Of a stretch of 64,000 bases of DNA, positions 50,401 to 64,000 are shown in pieces. Below the pieces are notes generated by a model. The model was not told where the DNA came from, made no database searches, and was given only the letters and a program-made list of their open reading frames with translations. Source of the DNA: Eledone cirrhosa (lineage: Eukaryota); assembly GCA_964016885.1 (NCBI GenBank), contig OZ024741.1, positions 12,958,001 to 13,022,000 on the forward strand. The letters are read 5' to 3'. The position numbers and the translations under genes were made by a program. Each line of letters begins with the position of its first letter. Positions within the stretch are counted from its first letter, which is position 1.

Positions 50401-53400
50401 TTCCATGGAGGTTTTAAAGGATGCTGTGTACCGACATCTAACAACTGATGAGGTAGTTTGTTCCATGGAGGTTTTAAAGGATGCTGTGTTTCGACAGCTA
50501 ACAACTAATGTAGGTAGTTTGCTCCATGGAGGTTTTAACGGATGCAGTGTCCCGACAGCTAACATCTGATGTAGGTAGTTTGTTCCATGGAGGTTTTAAA
50601 GGATGCAGTATCTCGACAGCTAACAACTAATGTAGTTAGTTTGTTCCATGGAGGTTTTAAAGGATGCAGTATCCCGACAGCCCACATCTCATGTAGGTAG
50701 TTTGTTCCATGGAGGTTTTAAAGGATGCATTGTCTCGACAGCTAACAACTAATGCAGATAGTTTGTTTCATGGAGGTTTTAAAGGATGTAGTGTCCCGAC
50801 AGCTAACAACTGAAGCAGGTAGTTTGTTCCATTGAGGTTTTAAAGGATGTAGTGTCTCGACAACTAACATCTGATGTAGGTAGTTTGTTTCATGGAGGTT
50901 TTAAAGGATGCAGTGTCTCGACAGCTAACAACTGATGCAGGTAGTTTGTTCCATGGAGGTTTTAAAGGATGCAGTGTCTCGTCAGCTAACAACTTATGCA
51001 GGTAGTTTGTTCCATGGAGGTTTTAAAAGATGCAGTGTCTCGACAGCTAACAACTGATGTAGGTAGTTTGTTCCAGGGAGGTTTTAAAGGATCCAGTGTC
51101 TCGACAGCTAACAACTGATGCAGATAGTTTGTTCCATGGAGGTTTTAAAGGATGCAGTGTCTCGACAGCTAACAACTGATGTAAGTTGTTTGTTCTATGG
51201 AGGTTTTAAAGGATGCAGTGTCTCGACAGCTAACAACTGATGCAGGTAGTTTGTTCCATGGAGGTTTTAAAGGATGCAGTGTCTCGACAGCTAACAACTG
51301 ATGCAGGTAGTTTGTTCCATGGAGGTTTTAAAGGATGCAGTGTCTCGACAGCTAACAACTGATGCAGGTAGTTTGTTCCATGGAGGTTTTAAAGGATGCA
51401 GTGTCTCGACAGCTAACAACTGATGTAAGTAGTTTGTTCCATGGAGGTTTTAAAGGATGCTGTGTCTCGACAGCTAACAACTAATGTAGGTAGTTTGCTC
51501 CATGGAGGTTTTAACGAATGCAGTGTCCCGACAGCTAACATCTGATGTAGGTAGTTTGTTCCATGGAGGTTTTAAAGGATGCAGTATCTCGACAGCTAAC
51601 AACTAATGTAGTTAGTTTGTTCCATGGAGGTTTTAAAGGATGCAGTATCCCGACAGCCCACATCTCATGTAGGTAGTTTGTTCCATGGAGGTTTTAAAGG
51701 ATGCATTGTCTCGACAGCTAACAACTGATGCAGATAGTTTGTTTCATGGAGGTTTTAAAGAATGCAGTGTCTCGACATCTAACAACTGATGCAGGTAGTT
51801 TGTTCCATGGCGCTTATAAAGGATGCAGTGTCTTGACAGCTATCAACTAATGTAGGTAGTTTGTTTCATGGAGGTTTTAAAGGATGCAGTGTCCCGACAG
51901 CTAACAACTAATGCAGGTAGTTTGTGCCATGGAGGTTTTAAAAATGCTGTGTCCCGACAGCTAACAACTGATGCAGGTAGTTTGTTCCATGGAGGGTTTA
52001 AAGGATGCAGTGTCTCGACAGCTAACAACTGATGTAGGTAGTTTGTTCCAGGGAGGTTTTAAAGGATGCAGTGTCCCGACAGCTAACAACGGATGCAGAT
52101 AGTTTGTTCCATGGAGGTTTTAAAGGATGCAGTGTCTCGACAGCTAACAACTGATGCAGGTAGTTTGTTCAATGGAGGTTTTAAAGGATGCAGTGTCTCG
52201 ACAGCTAACAACTGATGCAGGTAGTTTGTTCCATGGAGGTTTTAAAGGATACAGTGTCTCGACAGCTAACAACTGATGTAAGTAGTTTGTTCCATGGAGG
52301 TTTTAAAGGATGCTGTGTTCCGACATCTAACAACTGATGAGGTAGTTTGTTCCATGGAAGTTTTAAAGGATGATGTGTCTCGACAGCTAACAACTTATGT
52401 AGGTAGTTTGTTCCATGGAGGTTTTAAAGGATGCAGTGTCTCGACAGCTAACAACTAATGTAGGTAGTTTGTTCCATGGAGGTTTTAAAGGATGCAGTGT
52501 CCCGACAGCTAACATCTGATGTAGGTAGTTTGTTCCATGGAGGTGTTAAAGGATGCAGTGTCTCGACAGCTAACAACTGATGCAGATAGTTTGTTCCATG
52601 GAGGTTTTAAAGGATGCAGTGTCTCGACAGCTAACAACTGATGTAAGTTGTTTGTTCTATGGAGGTTTTAAAGGATGCAGTGTCTCGACAGCTAACAACT
52701 GATGCAGGTAGTTTGTTCCATGGAGGTTTTAAAGGATGCAGTGTCTCGACAGCTAACAACTGATGCAGGTAGTTTGTTCCATGGAGGTTTTAAAGGATGC
52801 AGTGTCTCGACAGCTAACAACTGATGCAGGTAGTTTGTTCCATGGAGGTTTTAAAGGATGCAGTGTCTCGACAGCTAACAACTGATGTAAGTAGTTTGTT
52901 CCATGGAGGTTTTAAAGGATGCTGTGTACCGACATCTAACAACTGATGAGGTAGTTTGTTCCATGGAGGTTTTAAAGGATGCTGTGTCTCGACAGCTAAC
53001 AACTAATGTAGGTAGTTTGCTCCATGGAGGTTTTAACGAATGCAGTGTCCCGACAGCTAACATCTGATGTAGGTAGTTTGTTCCATGGAGGTTTTAAAGG
53101 ATGCAGTATCTCGACAGCTAACAACTAATGTAGTTAGTTTGTTCCATGGAGGTTTTAAAGGATGCAGTATCCCGACAGCCCACATCTCATGTAGGTAGTT
53201 TGTTCCATGGAGGTTTTAAAGGATGCATTGTCTCGACAGCTAACAACTGATGCAGATAGTTTGTTTCATGGAGGTTTTAAAGAATGCAGTGTCTCGACAT
53301 CTAACAACTGATGCAGGTAGTTTGTTCCATGGCGCTTATAAAGGATGCAGTGTCTTGACAGCTATCAACTAATGTAGGTAGTTTGTTTCATGGAGGTTTT

Positions 53401-56400
53401 AAAGGATGCAGTGTCCCGACAGCTAACAACTAATGCAGGTAGTTTGTGCCATGGAGGTTTTAAAAATGCTGTGTCCCGACAGCTAACAACTGATGCAGGT
53501 AGTTTGTTCCATGGAGGGTTTAAAGGATGCAGTGTCTCGACAGCTAACAACTGATGTAGGTAGTTTGTTCCAGGGAGGTTTTAAAGGATGCAGTGTCCCG
53601 ACAGCTAACAACGGATGCAGATAGTTTGTTCCATGGAGGTTTTAAAGGATGCAGTGTCTCGACAGCTAACAACTGATGCAGGTAGTTTGTTCAATGGAGG
53701 TTTTAAAGGATGCAGTGTCTCGACAGCTAACAACTGATGCAGGTAGTTTGTTCCATGGAGGTTTTAAAGGATACAGTGTCTCGACAGCTAACAACTGATG
53801 TAAGTAGTTTGTTCCATGGAGGTTTTAAAGGATGCTGTGTTCCGACATCTAACAACTGATGAGGTAGTTTGTTCCATGGAAGTTTTAAAGGATGATGTGT
53901 CTCGACAGCTAACAACTTATGTAGGTAGTTTGTTCCATGGAGGTTTTAAAGGATGCAGTGTCTCGACAGCTAACAACTAATGTAGGTAGTTTGTTCCATG
54001 GAGGTTTTAAAGGATGCAGTGTCCCGACAGCTAACATCTGATGTAGGTAGTTTGTTCCATGGAGGTGTTAAAGGATGCAGTGTCTCGACAGCTAACAACT
54101 GATGCAGATAGTTTGTTCCATGGAGGTTTTAAAGAATGCAGTGTCTCGACAGCTAACAACTGATGCAGGTAGTTTGTTCCATGGCGGTTTTAAAGGATGC
54201 AGTGTCTTGACAGCTAACAACTAATGTAGGTAGTTTGTTTCATGGAGGTTTTAAAGGATGCAGTGGCCCGACAGCTAACAACTGAAGCAGGTAGTTTGTT
54301 CCATGGAGGTTTTAAAGGATGCAGTGTCTCGACAACTAACATCTGATGTAGGTAGTTTGTTTCATGGAGGTTTTAAAGGATGCAGTGTCTCGACAGTTAA
54401 CAACTGATGTAGGTAGTTTGTTCCATGGAGCTTTTAAAGGATGCAGTGTTGGGACAGCTAACAGCTGATGCAGGTAGTTTGTTCCATGGAGGTTTTAAAG
54501 GATGCAGTGTCCAGACAACTATCAACTAATGTTGGTAGTTTGTTCCATGGAGGTTTTAAAGGATGCAATGTCCCGACAGCTAACAACTGATGCAGCTAGT
54601 TTGTTCCATGGAGGTTTTAAAGGATGCAATGTCCCGACAGCTAACAACTGATGCAGGTAGTTTGTTCCATATAGGTTTTAAAGGATGCTGTGTCTCGACA
54701 GCTAATAACTGATGCAGGTAGTTTGTTCCATGGAGGTTTTAACGGATGCAGTGTCTCGACAGCTAACAACTGATGCAGGTAGTTTGTTCGATGGAGGTTT
54801 TAAAGGATGCAGTGTCTCGACAGCTAAAAACTGATGTAAGTAGTTTGTTCCATGGAGGTTTTAAAGGATGCTGTGTACCGACATCTAACAACTGATGAGG
54901 TAGTTTGTTCCATGGAGGTTTTAAAGGATGCTGTGTCTCGACAGCTAACAACTAATGTAGGTAGTTTGTTCCATGGAGGTTTTAAAGGATGCAGTGTCCC
55001 GACAGCTAACATCTGATGTAGGTAGTTTGTTCCATGGAGGTTTTAAAGGATGCAGTGTCTCGACAGCTAACAACTAATGTAGGTAGTTTGTTCCATGGAA
55101 GTTTTAAAGGATGCTGTGTCTCGACAGCTAACAACTAATGTAGGTAGTTTGTTCCATGGAGGTTTTAAAGGATGCAGTGTCCCGACAGCCCACATCTGAT
55201 GTAGGTAGTTTGTTCCATGGAGGTTTTAAAGGATGCAGTGTCTCGACAGCTAACAACTGATGCAGATAGTTTGTTTCATGGAGGTTTTAAAGAATGCAGT
55301 GTCTCGACAGCTAACAACTGATGCAGGTAGTTTGTTCCGTTGAGGTTTTAAAGGATGCAGTGTCTCGACAACTAACATCTGATGTAGGTAGTTTGTTTCG
55401 TGGAGGTTTTAAAGGATGCAGTGTCTCGACAGCGAACAACTGATGTAGGTAGTTTGTTCCATGGAGGTTTTAAAGGATGCAGTGTTCCGACAGTTAACAA
55501 CTGATGCAGGTAGTTTGTTCCATGGAGGTTTTAAAGGATGCAGTGTCTCGACAGCTAACAACTAATGTAGGTAGTTTGTTCCATGGAAGTTTTAAAGGAT
55601 GCTGTGTCTCGACAGCTAACAACTAATGTAGGTAGTTTGTTTCATGGAGGTTTTAAAGGAAGCAGTGTCCCGACAGCTAACAACTGAAGCAGGTAGTTTG
55701 TTCCGTTGAGGTTTTAAAGGATGCAGTGTCTCGACAACTAACATCTGATGTAGGTAGTTTGTTTCGTGGAGGTTTTAAAGGATGCAGTGTCTCGACAGCT
55801 AACAACTGATGTAGGTAGTTTGTTCCATGGAGGTTTTAAAGGATGCAGTGTTCCGACAGTTAACAACTGATGCAGGTAGTTTGTTCCATGGAGGTTTTAA
55901 AGGATGCAGTGTCCCGACAGCTAACAACTAATGCAGGTAGTTTGTGCCATGGAGGTTTTAAAAAATGCTGTGTCCCGACAGCTAACAACTGATGCAGGTA
56001 GTTTGTTCCATGGAGGGTTTAAAGGATGCAGTGTCTCGACAGCTAACAACTGATGTAGGTAGTTTGTTCCAGGGAGGTTTTAAAGGATGCAGTGTCCCGA
56101 CAGCTAACAACTGATGCAGATACTTTGTTCCATGGAGGTTTTAAAGGATGCAGTGTCTCGACAGCTAACAACTGATGCAGGTAGTTTGTTCCATGGAGGT
56201 TTTAAAGGATGCAGTGTCTCGACAGCTAACAACTGATGCAGGTAGTTTGTTCCATTGATGTTTTAAAGGATGCAGTGTCTCAACAGCTAACAACTGATGT
56301 AAGTAGTTTGTTCCATGGAGGTTTTAAAGGATGCTGTGTACCGACATCTAACAACTGATGAGGTAGTTTGTTCCATGGAGGTTTTAAAGGATGCTGTGTC

Positions 56401-59400
56401 TCGACAGCTAACAACTAATGTAGGTAGTTTGTTCCATGAAGGTTTTAAAGGATGCAGTGTCCCGACAGCTAACATCTGATGTAGGTAGTTTGTTCCATGG
56501 AGGTTTTAAAGGATGCAGTGTCTCGACAGCTAACAACTAATGTAGGTAGTTTGTTCCATGGAAGTTTTAAAGGATGCTGTGTCTCGACAGCTAACAACTA
56601 ATGTACGTAGTTTGTTCCATGGAGGTTTTAAAGGATGCAGTGTCCCGACAGCCCACATCTGATGTAGGTAGTTTGTTCCATGGAGGTTTTAAAGGATGCA
56701 GTGTCTCGACAGCTATCAACTGATGCAGATAGTTTGTTTTATGGAGGTTTTAAAGAATGCAGTGTCTCGACAGCTAACAACAGATGCAGGTAGTTTGTTC
56801 CATGGCGGTTTTAAAGGATGCAGTGTCTTGACAGCTATCAACTAATGTAGGTAGTTTGTTTCATGGAGGTTTTAAAGGATGCAGTGTCCCGACAGCTAAC
56901 AACTGAAGCAGGTAGTTTGTTCCGTTGAGGTTTTAAAGGATGCAGTGTCTCGACAACTAACATCTGATGTAGGTAGTTTGTTTCGTGGAGGTTTTAAAGG
57001 ATGCAGTGTGTCGACAGCTAACAACTGATGTAGGTAGTTTGTTCCATGGAGGTTTTAAAGGATGCAGTGTTCCGACAGTTAACAACTGATGCAGGTAGTT
57101 TGTTCCATGGAGGTTTTAAAGGATGCAGTGTCCCGACAGCTAACAACTAATGCAGGTAGTTTGTGCCATGGAGGTTTTAAAAAATGCTGTGTCCCGACAG
57201 CTAACAACTGATGCAGGTAGTTTGTTCCATGGAGGGTTTAAAGGATGCAGTGTCCCGACAGCTAACAACTGATGCAGGTAGTTTGTTCCATGGAGGGTTT
57301 AAAGGATGCTGTGTCTCGACAGCTAACAACTAATGTAGGTAGTTTGTTCCATGGAGGTTTTAAAGGATGCAGTGTCCCGACAGCTAACATCTGATGTAGG
57401 TAGTTTGTTCCATGGAGGGTTTAAAGGATGCAGTGTCTCGACAGCTAATAACTAATGTAGGTAGTTTGTTCCATGGAAGTTTTAAAGGATGCTGTGTCTC
57501 GACAGCTAACAACTAATGTAGGTAGTTTGTTCCATGGAGGTTTTAAAGGATGCAGTGTCCCGACAGCCCACATCTGATGTAGGTAGTTTGTTCCATGGAT
57601 GTTTTAAAGGATGCAGTGTCTCGACAGCTAACAACTGATGCAGATAGTTTGTTTCATGGAGGTTTTAAAGAATGCAGTGTCTCGACAGCTAACAACTGAT
57701 GCAGGTAGTTTGTTCCGTTGAGGTTTTAAAGGATGCAGTGTCTCGACAACTAACATCTGATGTAGGTAGTTTGTTTCGTGGAGGTTTTAAAGGATGCAGT
57801 GTCTCGACAGCGAACAACTGATGTAGGTAGTTTGTTCCATGGAGGTTTTAAAGGATGCAGTGTTCCGACAGTTAACAACTGATGCAGGTAGTTTGTTCCA
57901 TGGAGGTTTTAAAGGATGCAGTGTCTCGACAGCTAACAACTAATGTAGGTAGTTTGTTCCATGGAAGTTTTAAAGGATGCTGTGTCTCGACAGCTAACAA
58001 CTAATGTAGGTAGTTTGTTTCATGGAGGTTTTAAAGGAAGCAGTGTCCCGACAGCTAACAACTGAAGCAGGTAGTTTGTTCCGTTGAGGTTTTAAAGGAT
58101 GCAGTGTCTCGACAACTAACATCTGATGTAGGTAGTTTGTTTCGTGGAGGTTTTAAAGGATGCAGTGTCTCGACAGCTAACAACTGATGTAGGTAGTTTG
58201 TTCCATGGAGGTTTTAAAGGATGCAGTGTTCCGACAGTTAACAACTGATGCAGGTAGTTTGTTCCATGGAGGTTTTAAAGGATGCAGTGTCCCGACAGCT
58301 AACAACTAATGCAGGTAGTTTGTGCCATGGAGGTTTTAAAAAATGCTGTGTCCCGACAGCTAACAACTGATGCAGGTAGTTTGTTCCATGGAGGGTTTAA
58401 AGGATGCAGTGTCTCGACAGCTAACAACTGATGTAGGTAGTTTGTTCCAGGGAGGTTTTAAAGGATGCAGTGTCCCGACAGCTAACAACTGATGCAGATA
58501 CTTTGTTCCATGGAGGTTTTAAAGGATGCAGTGTCTCGACAGCTAACAACTGATGCAGGTAGTTTGTTCCATGGAGGTTTTAAAGGATGCAGTGTCTCGA
58601 CAGCTAACAACTGATGCAGGTAGTTTGTTCCATTGATGTTTTAAAGGATGCAGTGTCTCAACAGCTAACAACTGATGTAAGTAGTTTGTTCCATGGAGGT
58701 TTTAAAGGATGCTGTGTACCGACATCTAACAACTGATGAGGTAGTTTGTTCCATGGAGGTTTTAAAGGATGCTGTGTCTCGACAGCTAACAACTAATGTA
58801 GGTAGTTTGTTCCATGAAGGTTTTAAAGGATGCAGTGTCCCGACAGCTAACATCTGATGTAGGTAGTTTGTTCCATGGAGGTTTTAAAGGATGCAGTGTC
58901 TCGACAGCTAACAACTGATGCAGATAGTTTGTTTCATGGAGGTTTTAAAGGATGTAGTGTCCCGACAGCTAACAACTGAAGCAGGTAGTTTGTTCCATTG
59001 AGGTTTTAAAGGATGTAGTGTCTCGACAACTAACATCTGATGTAGGTAGTTTGTTTCATGGAGGTTTTAAAGGATGCAGTGTCTCGACAGCTAACAACTG
59101 ATGCAGGTAGTTTGTTCCATGGAGGTTTTAAAGGATGCAGTGTCTCGTCAGCTAACAACTTATGCAGGTAGTTTGTTCCATGGAGGTTTTAAAAGATGCA
59201 GTGTCTCGACAGCTAACAACTGATGTAGGTAGTTTGTTCCAGGGAGGTTTTAAAGGATGCAGTGTCTCGACAGCTAACAACTGATGTAAGTTGTTTGTTC
59301 TATGGAGGTTTTAAAGGATGCAGTGTCTCGACAGCTAACAACTGATGCAGGTAGTTTGTTCCATGGAGGTTTTAAAGGATGCAGTGTCTCGACAGCTAAC

Positions 59401-62400
59401 AACTGATGCAGGTAGTTTGTTCCATGGAGGTTTTAAAGGATGCAGTGTCTCGACAGCTAACAACTGATGCAGGTAGTTTGTTCCATGGAGGTTTTAAAGG
59501 ATGCAGTGTCTCGACAGCTAACAACTGATGTAAGTAGTTTGTTCCATGGAGGTTTTAAAGGATGCTGTGTACCGACATCTAACAACTGATGAGGTAGTTT
59601 GTTCCATGGAGGTTTTAAAGGATGCTGTGTCTCGACAGCTAACAACTAATGTAGGTAGTTTGCTCCATGGAGGTTTTAACGGATGCAGTGTCCCGACAGC
59701 TAACATCTGATGTAGGTAGTTTGTTCCATGGAGGTTTTAAAGGATGCAGTATCTCGACAGCTAACAACTAATGTAGTTAGTTTGTTCCATGGAGGTTTTA
59801 AAGGATGCAGTATCCCGACAGCCCACATCTCATGTAGGTAGTTTGTTCCATGGAGGTTTTAAAGGATGCATTGTCTCGACAGCTAACAACTAATGCAGAT
59901 AGTTTGTTTCATGGAGGTTTTAAAGGATTTAGTGTCCCGACAGCTAACAACTGAAGCAGGTAGTTTGTTCCATTGAGGTTTTAAAGGATGTAGTGTCTCG
60001 ACAACTAACATCTGATGTAGGTAGTTTGTTTCATGGAGGTTTTAAAGGATGCAGTGTCTCGACAGCTAACAACTGATGCAGGTAGTTTGTTCCATGGAGG
60101 TTTTAAAGGATGCAGTGTCTCGTCAGCTAACAACTTATGCAGGTAGTTTGTTCCATGGAGGTTTTAAAAGATGCAGTGTCTCGACAGCTAACAACTGATG
60201 TAGGTAGTTTGTTCCAGGGAGGTTTTAAAGGATCCAGTGTCTCGACAGCTAACAACTGATGCAGATAGTTTGTTCCATGGAGGTTTTAAAGGATGCAGTG
60301 TCTCGACAGCTAACAACTGATGTAAGTTGTTTGTTCTATGGAGGTTTTAAAGGATGCAGTGTCTCGACAGCTAACAACTGATGCAGGTAGTTTGTTCCAT
60401 GGAGGTTTTAAAGGATGCAGTGTCTCGACAGCTAACAACTGATGCAGGTAGTTTGTTCCATGGAGGTTTTAAAGGATGCAGTGTCTCGACAGCTAACAAC
60501 TGATGCAGGTAGTTTGTTCCATGGAGGTTTTAAAGGATGCAGTGTCTCGACAGCTAACAACTGATGTAAGTAGTTTGTTCCATGGAGGTTTTAAAGGATG
60601 CTGTGTACCGACATCTAACAACTGATGAGGTAGTTTGTTCCATGGAGGTTTTAAAGGATGCTGTGTCTCGACAGCTAACAACTAATGTAGGTAGTTTGCT
60701 CCATGGAGGTTTTAACGAATGCAGTGTCCCGACAGCTAACATCTGATGTAGGTAGTTTGTTCCATGGAGGTTTTAAAGGATGCAGTATCTCGACAGCTAA
60801 CAACTAATGTAGTTAGTTTGTTCCATGGAGGTTTTAAAGGATGCAGTATCCCGACAGCCCACATCTCATGTAGGTAGTTTGTTCCATGGAGGTTTTAAAG
60901 GATGCATTGTCTCGACAGCTAACAACTGATGCAGATAGTTTGTTTCATGGAGGTTTTAAAGAATGCAGTGTCTCGACATCTAACAACTGATGCAGGTAGT
61001 TTGTTCCATGGCGCTTATAAAGGATGCAGTGTCTTGACAGCTATCAACTAATGTAGGTAGTTTGTTTCATGGAGGTTTTAAAGGATGCAGTGTCCCGACA
61101 GCTAACAACTAATGCAGGTAGTTTGTGCCATGGAGGTTTTAAAAATGCTGTGTCCCGACAGCTAACAACTGATGCAGGTAGTTTGTTCCATGGAGGGTTT
61201 AAAGGATGCAGTGTCTCGACAGCTAACAACTGATGTAGGTAGTTTGTTCCAGGGAGGTTTTAAAGGATGCAGTGTCCCGACAGCTAACAACGGATGCAGA
61301 TAGTTTGTTCCATGGAGGTTTTAAAGGATGCAGTGTCTCGACAGCTAACAACTGATGCAGGTAGTTTGTTCAATGGAGGTTTTAAAGGATGCAGTGTCTC
61401 GACAGCTAACAACTGATGCAGGTAGTTTGTTCCATGGAGGTTTTAAAGGATACAGTGTCTCGACAGCTAACAACTGATGTAAGTAGTTTGTTCCATGGAG
61501 GTTTTAAAGGATGCTGTGTTCCGACATCTAACAACTGATGAGGTAGTTTGTTCCATGGAAGTTTTAAAGGATGCTGTGTCTCGACAGCTAACAACTTATG
61601 TAGGTAGTTTGTTCCATGGAGGTTTTAAAGGATGCAGTGTCTCGACAGCTAACAACTAATGTAGGTAGTTTGTTCCATGGAGGTTTTAAAGGATGCAGTG
61701 TCCCGACAGCTAACATCTGATGTAGGTAGTTTGTTCCATGGAGGTGTTAAAGGATGCAGTGTCTCGACAGCTAACAACTGATGCAGATAGTTTGTTCCAT
61801 GGAGGTTTTAAAGAATGCAGTGTCTCGACAGCTAACAACTGATGCAGGTAGTTTGTTCCATGGCGGTTTTAAAGGATGCAGTGTCTTGACAGCTAACAAC
61901 TAATGTAGGTAGTTTGTTTCATGGAGGTTTTAAAGGATGCAGTGGCCCGACAGCTAACAACTGAAGCAGGTAGTTTGTTCCATGGAGGTTTTAAAGGATG
62001 CAGTGTCTCGACAACTAACATCTGATGTAGGTAGTTTGTTTCATGGAGGTTTTAAAGGATGCAGTGTCTCGACAGTTAACAACTGATGTAGGTAGTTTGT
62101 TCCATGGAGCTTTTAAAGGATGCAGTGTTGGGACAGCTAACAGCTGATGCAGGTAGTTTGTTCCATGGAGGTTTTAAAGGATGCAGTGTCCAGACAACTA
62201 TCAACTAATGTTGGTAGTTTGTTCCATGGAGGTTTTAAAGGATGCAATGTCCCGACAGCTAACAACTGATGCAGCTAGTTTGTTCCATGGAGGTTTTAAA
62301 GGATGCAATGTCCCGACAGCTAACAACTGATGCAGGTAGTTTGTTCCATATAGGTTTTAAAGGATGCTGTGTCTCGACAGCTAACAACTGATGTAGGTAG

Positions 62401-64000
62401 TTTGTTCCAGGGAGGTTTTAAAGGATGCAGTGTCCCGACAGCTAACAACTGATGCAGGTAGTTTGTTCCATGGAGGGTTTAAAGGATGCTGTGTCTCGAC
62501 AGCTAACAACTAATGTAGGTAGTTTGTTCCATGGAGGTTTTAAAGGATGCAGTGTCCCGACAGCTAACATCTGATGTAGGTAGTTTGTTCCATGGAGGTT
62601 TTAAAGGATGCAGTGTCTCGACAGCTAACAACTAATGTAGGTAGTTTGTTCCATGGAAGTTTTAAAGGATGCTGTGTCTCGACAGCTAACAACTAATGTA
62701 GGTAGTTTGTTCCATGGAGGTTTTAAAGGATGCAGTGTCCCGACAGCCCACATCTGATGTAGGTAGTTTGTTCCATGGAGGTTTTAAAGGATGCAGTGTC
62801 TCGACAGCTAACAACTGATGCAGGTAGTTTGTTCCATGGAGGGTTTAAAGGATGCAGTGTCTCGACAGCTAACAACTGATGTAGGTAGTTTGTTCCAGGG
62901 AGGTTTTAAAGGATGCAGTGTCCCGACAGCTAACAACTGCTGCAGATACTTTGTTCCATGGAGGTTTTAAAGGATGCAGTGTCTCGACAGCTAACAACTG
63001 ATGCAGGTAGTTTGTTCCATGGAGGTTTTAAAGGATGCAGTGTCTCGACAGCTAACAACTGATGCAGGTAGTTTGTTCCATGGAGGTTTTAAAGGATGCA
63101 GTGTCTCGACAGCTAACAACTGATGCAGGTAGTTTGTTCCATTGATGTTTTAAAGGATGCAGTGTCTCAACAGCTAACAACTGATGTAAGTAGTTTGTTC
63201 CATGGAGGTTTTAAAGGATGCTGTGTACCGACATCTAACAACTGATGAGGTAGTTTGTTCCATGGAGGTTTTAAAGGATGCTGTGTCTCGACAGCTAACA
63301 ACTAATGTAGGTAGTTTGTTCCATGAAGGTTTTAAAGGATGCAGTGTCCCGACAGCTAACATCTGATGTAGGTAGTTTGTTCCATGGAGGTTTTAAAGGA
63401 TGCAGTGTCTCGACAGCTAACAACTAATGTAGGTAGTTTGTTCCATGGAAGTTTTAAAGGATGCTGTGTCTCGACAGCTAACAACTAATGTACGTAGTTT
63501 GTTCCATGGAGGTTTTAAAGGATGCAGTGTCCCGACAGCCCACATCTGATGTAGGTAGTTTGTTCCATGGAGGTTTTAAAGGATGCAGTGTCTCGACAGC
63601 TATCAACTGATGCAGATAGTTTGTTTTATGGAGGTTTTAAAGAATGCAGTGTCTCGACAGCTAACAACTGATGCAGGTAGTTTGTTCCATGGCGGTTTTA
63701 AAGGATGCAGTGTCTTGACAGCTATCAACTAATGTAGGTAGTTTGTTTCATGGAGGTTTTAAAGGATGCAGTGTCCCGACAGCTAACAACTGAAGCAGGT
63801 AGTTTGTTCCGTTGAGGTTTTAAAGGATGCAGTGTCTCGACAACTAACATCTGATGTAGGTAGTTTGTTTCGTGGAGGTTTTAAAGGATGCAGTGTCTCG
63901 ACAGCTAACAACTGATGTAGGTAGTTTGTTCCATGGAGGTTTTAAAGGATGCAGTGTTCCGACAGTTAACAACTGATGCAGGTAGTTTGTTCCATGGAGG
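8406..64000. repeat. 61-bp tandem satellite array, >55 kb, ~910 units, continues past the window
   Basis: Consensus CATGGAGGTTTTAAAGGATGCAGTGTCTCGACAGCTAACAACTGATGCAGGTAGTTTGTTC, head-to-tail, one orientation, few substitutions per unit. Length variants of 60, 44 and 64 bp occur. I saw no foreign insertion. Confidence 0.99.
26431..37500. repeat. 50-monomer (3031-bp) higher-order repeat, ~3.6 copies
   Basis: Matching marker ORFs recur at 26431/29462/32493/35829, 27162/30193/33529/36560 and 28121/31152/34488. Spacings are 3031 (50x61-17-2) or 3336 (3031+5x61). Confidence 0.88.

Noticed and set aside
9050-63362. Dozens of 60-77 aa minus-strand ORFs (MLAVET...) as a peptide gene family
   Set aside because: They arise where a 60- or 44-bp variant shifts the frame past the stop that a 61-bp period otherwise hits every third unit. 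Many start at TTG, and they simply cycle through the three frames of the monomer.
8406-64000. CRISPR array (61-bp period is similar to repeat plus spacer)
   Set aside because: The whole unit repeats, there are no unique spacers, no cas genes, and the context is eukaryotic retroelements.

Overview
Eukaryotic (metazoan) repetitive DNA with no host gene. Bases 1-8.4 kb are a chain of five non-LTR retroelements, each separated from the next by an (AAT)n tract: the 3' part of an R4/Dong-type RLE element (+), a full-length but disrupted 5.9-kb Tx1/L1-clade element (-), a second 5'-truncated and 5'-inverted copy of that element, a tRNA-derived SINE (-), and the 3' end of a CR1/L2-group LINE (-). From 8406 to the window end lies one head-to-tail 61-bp tandem array (55.6 kb, roughly 910 units, open at the right edge) with nested higher-order repeats. 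The main observation is that the satellite monomer is a piece of the LINE ORF2 C-terminus (WNKLPASVVSCRDTASFKTSM), and its first copy is still fused in frame to the LINE stop codon, 3' UTR and (ATT)n tail. The array therefore appears to have been born inside a retrotransposon. The repeat types remind me of cephalopod (octopus) DNA, but that is recollection and was not verified.
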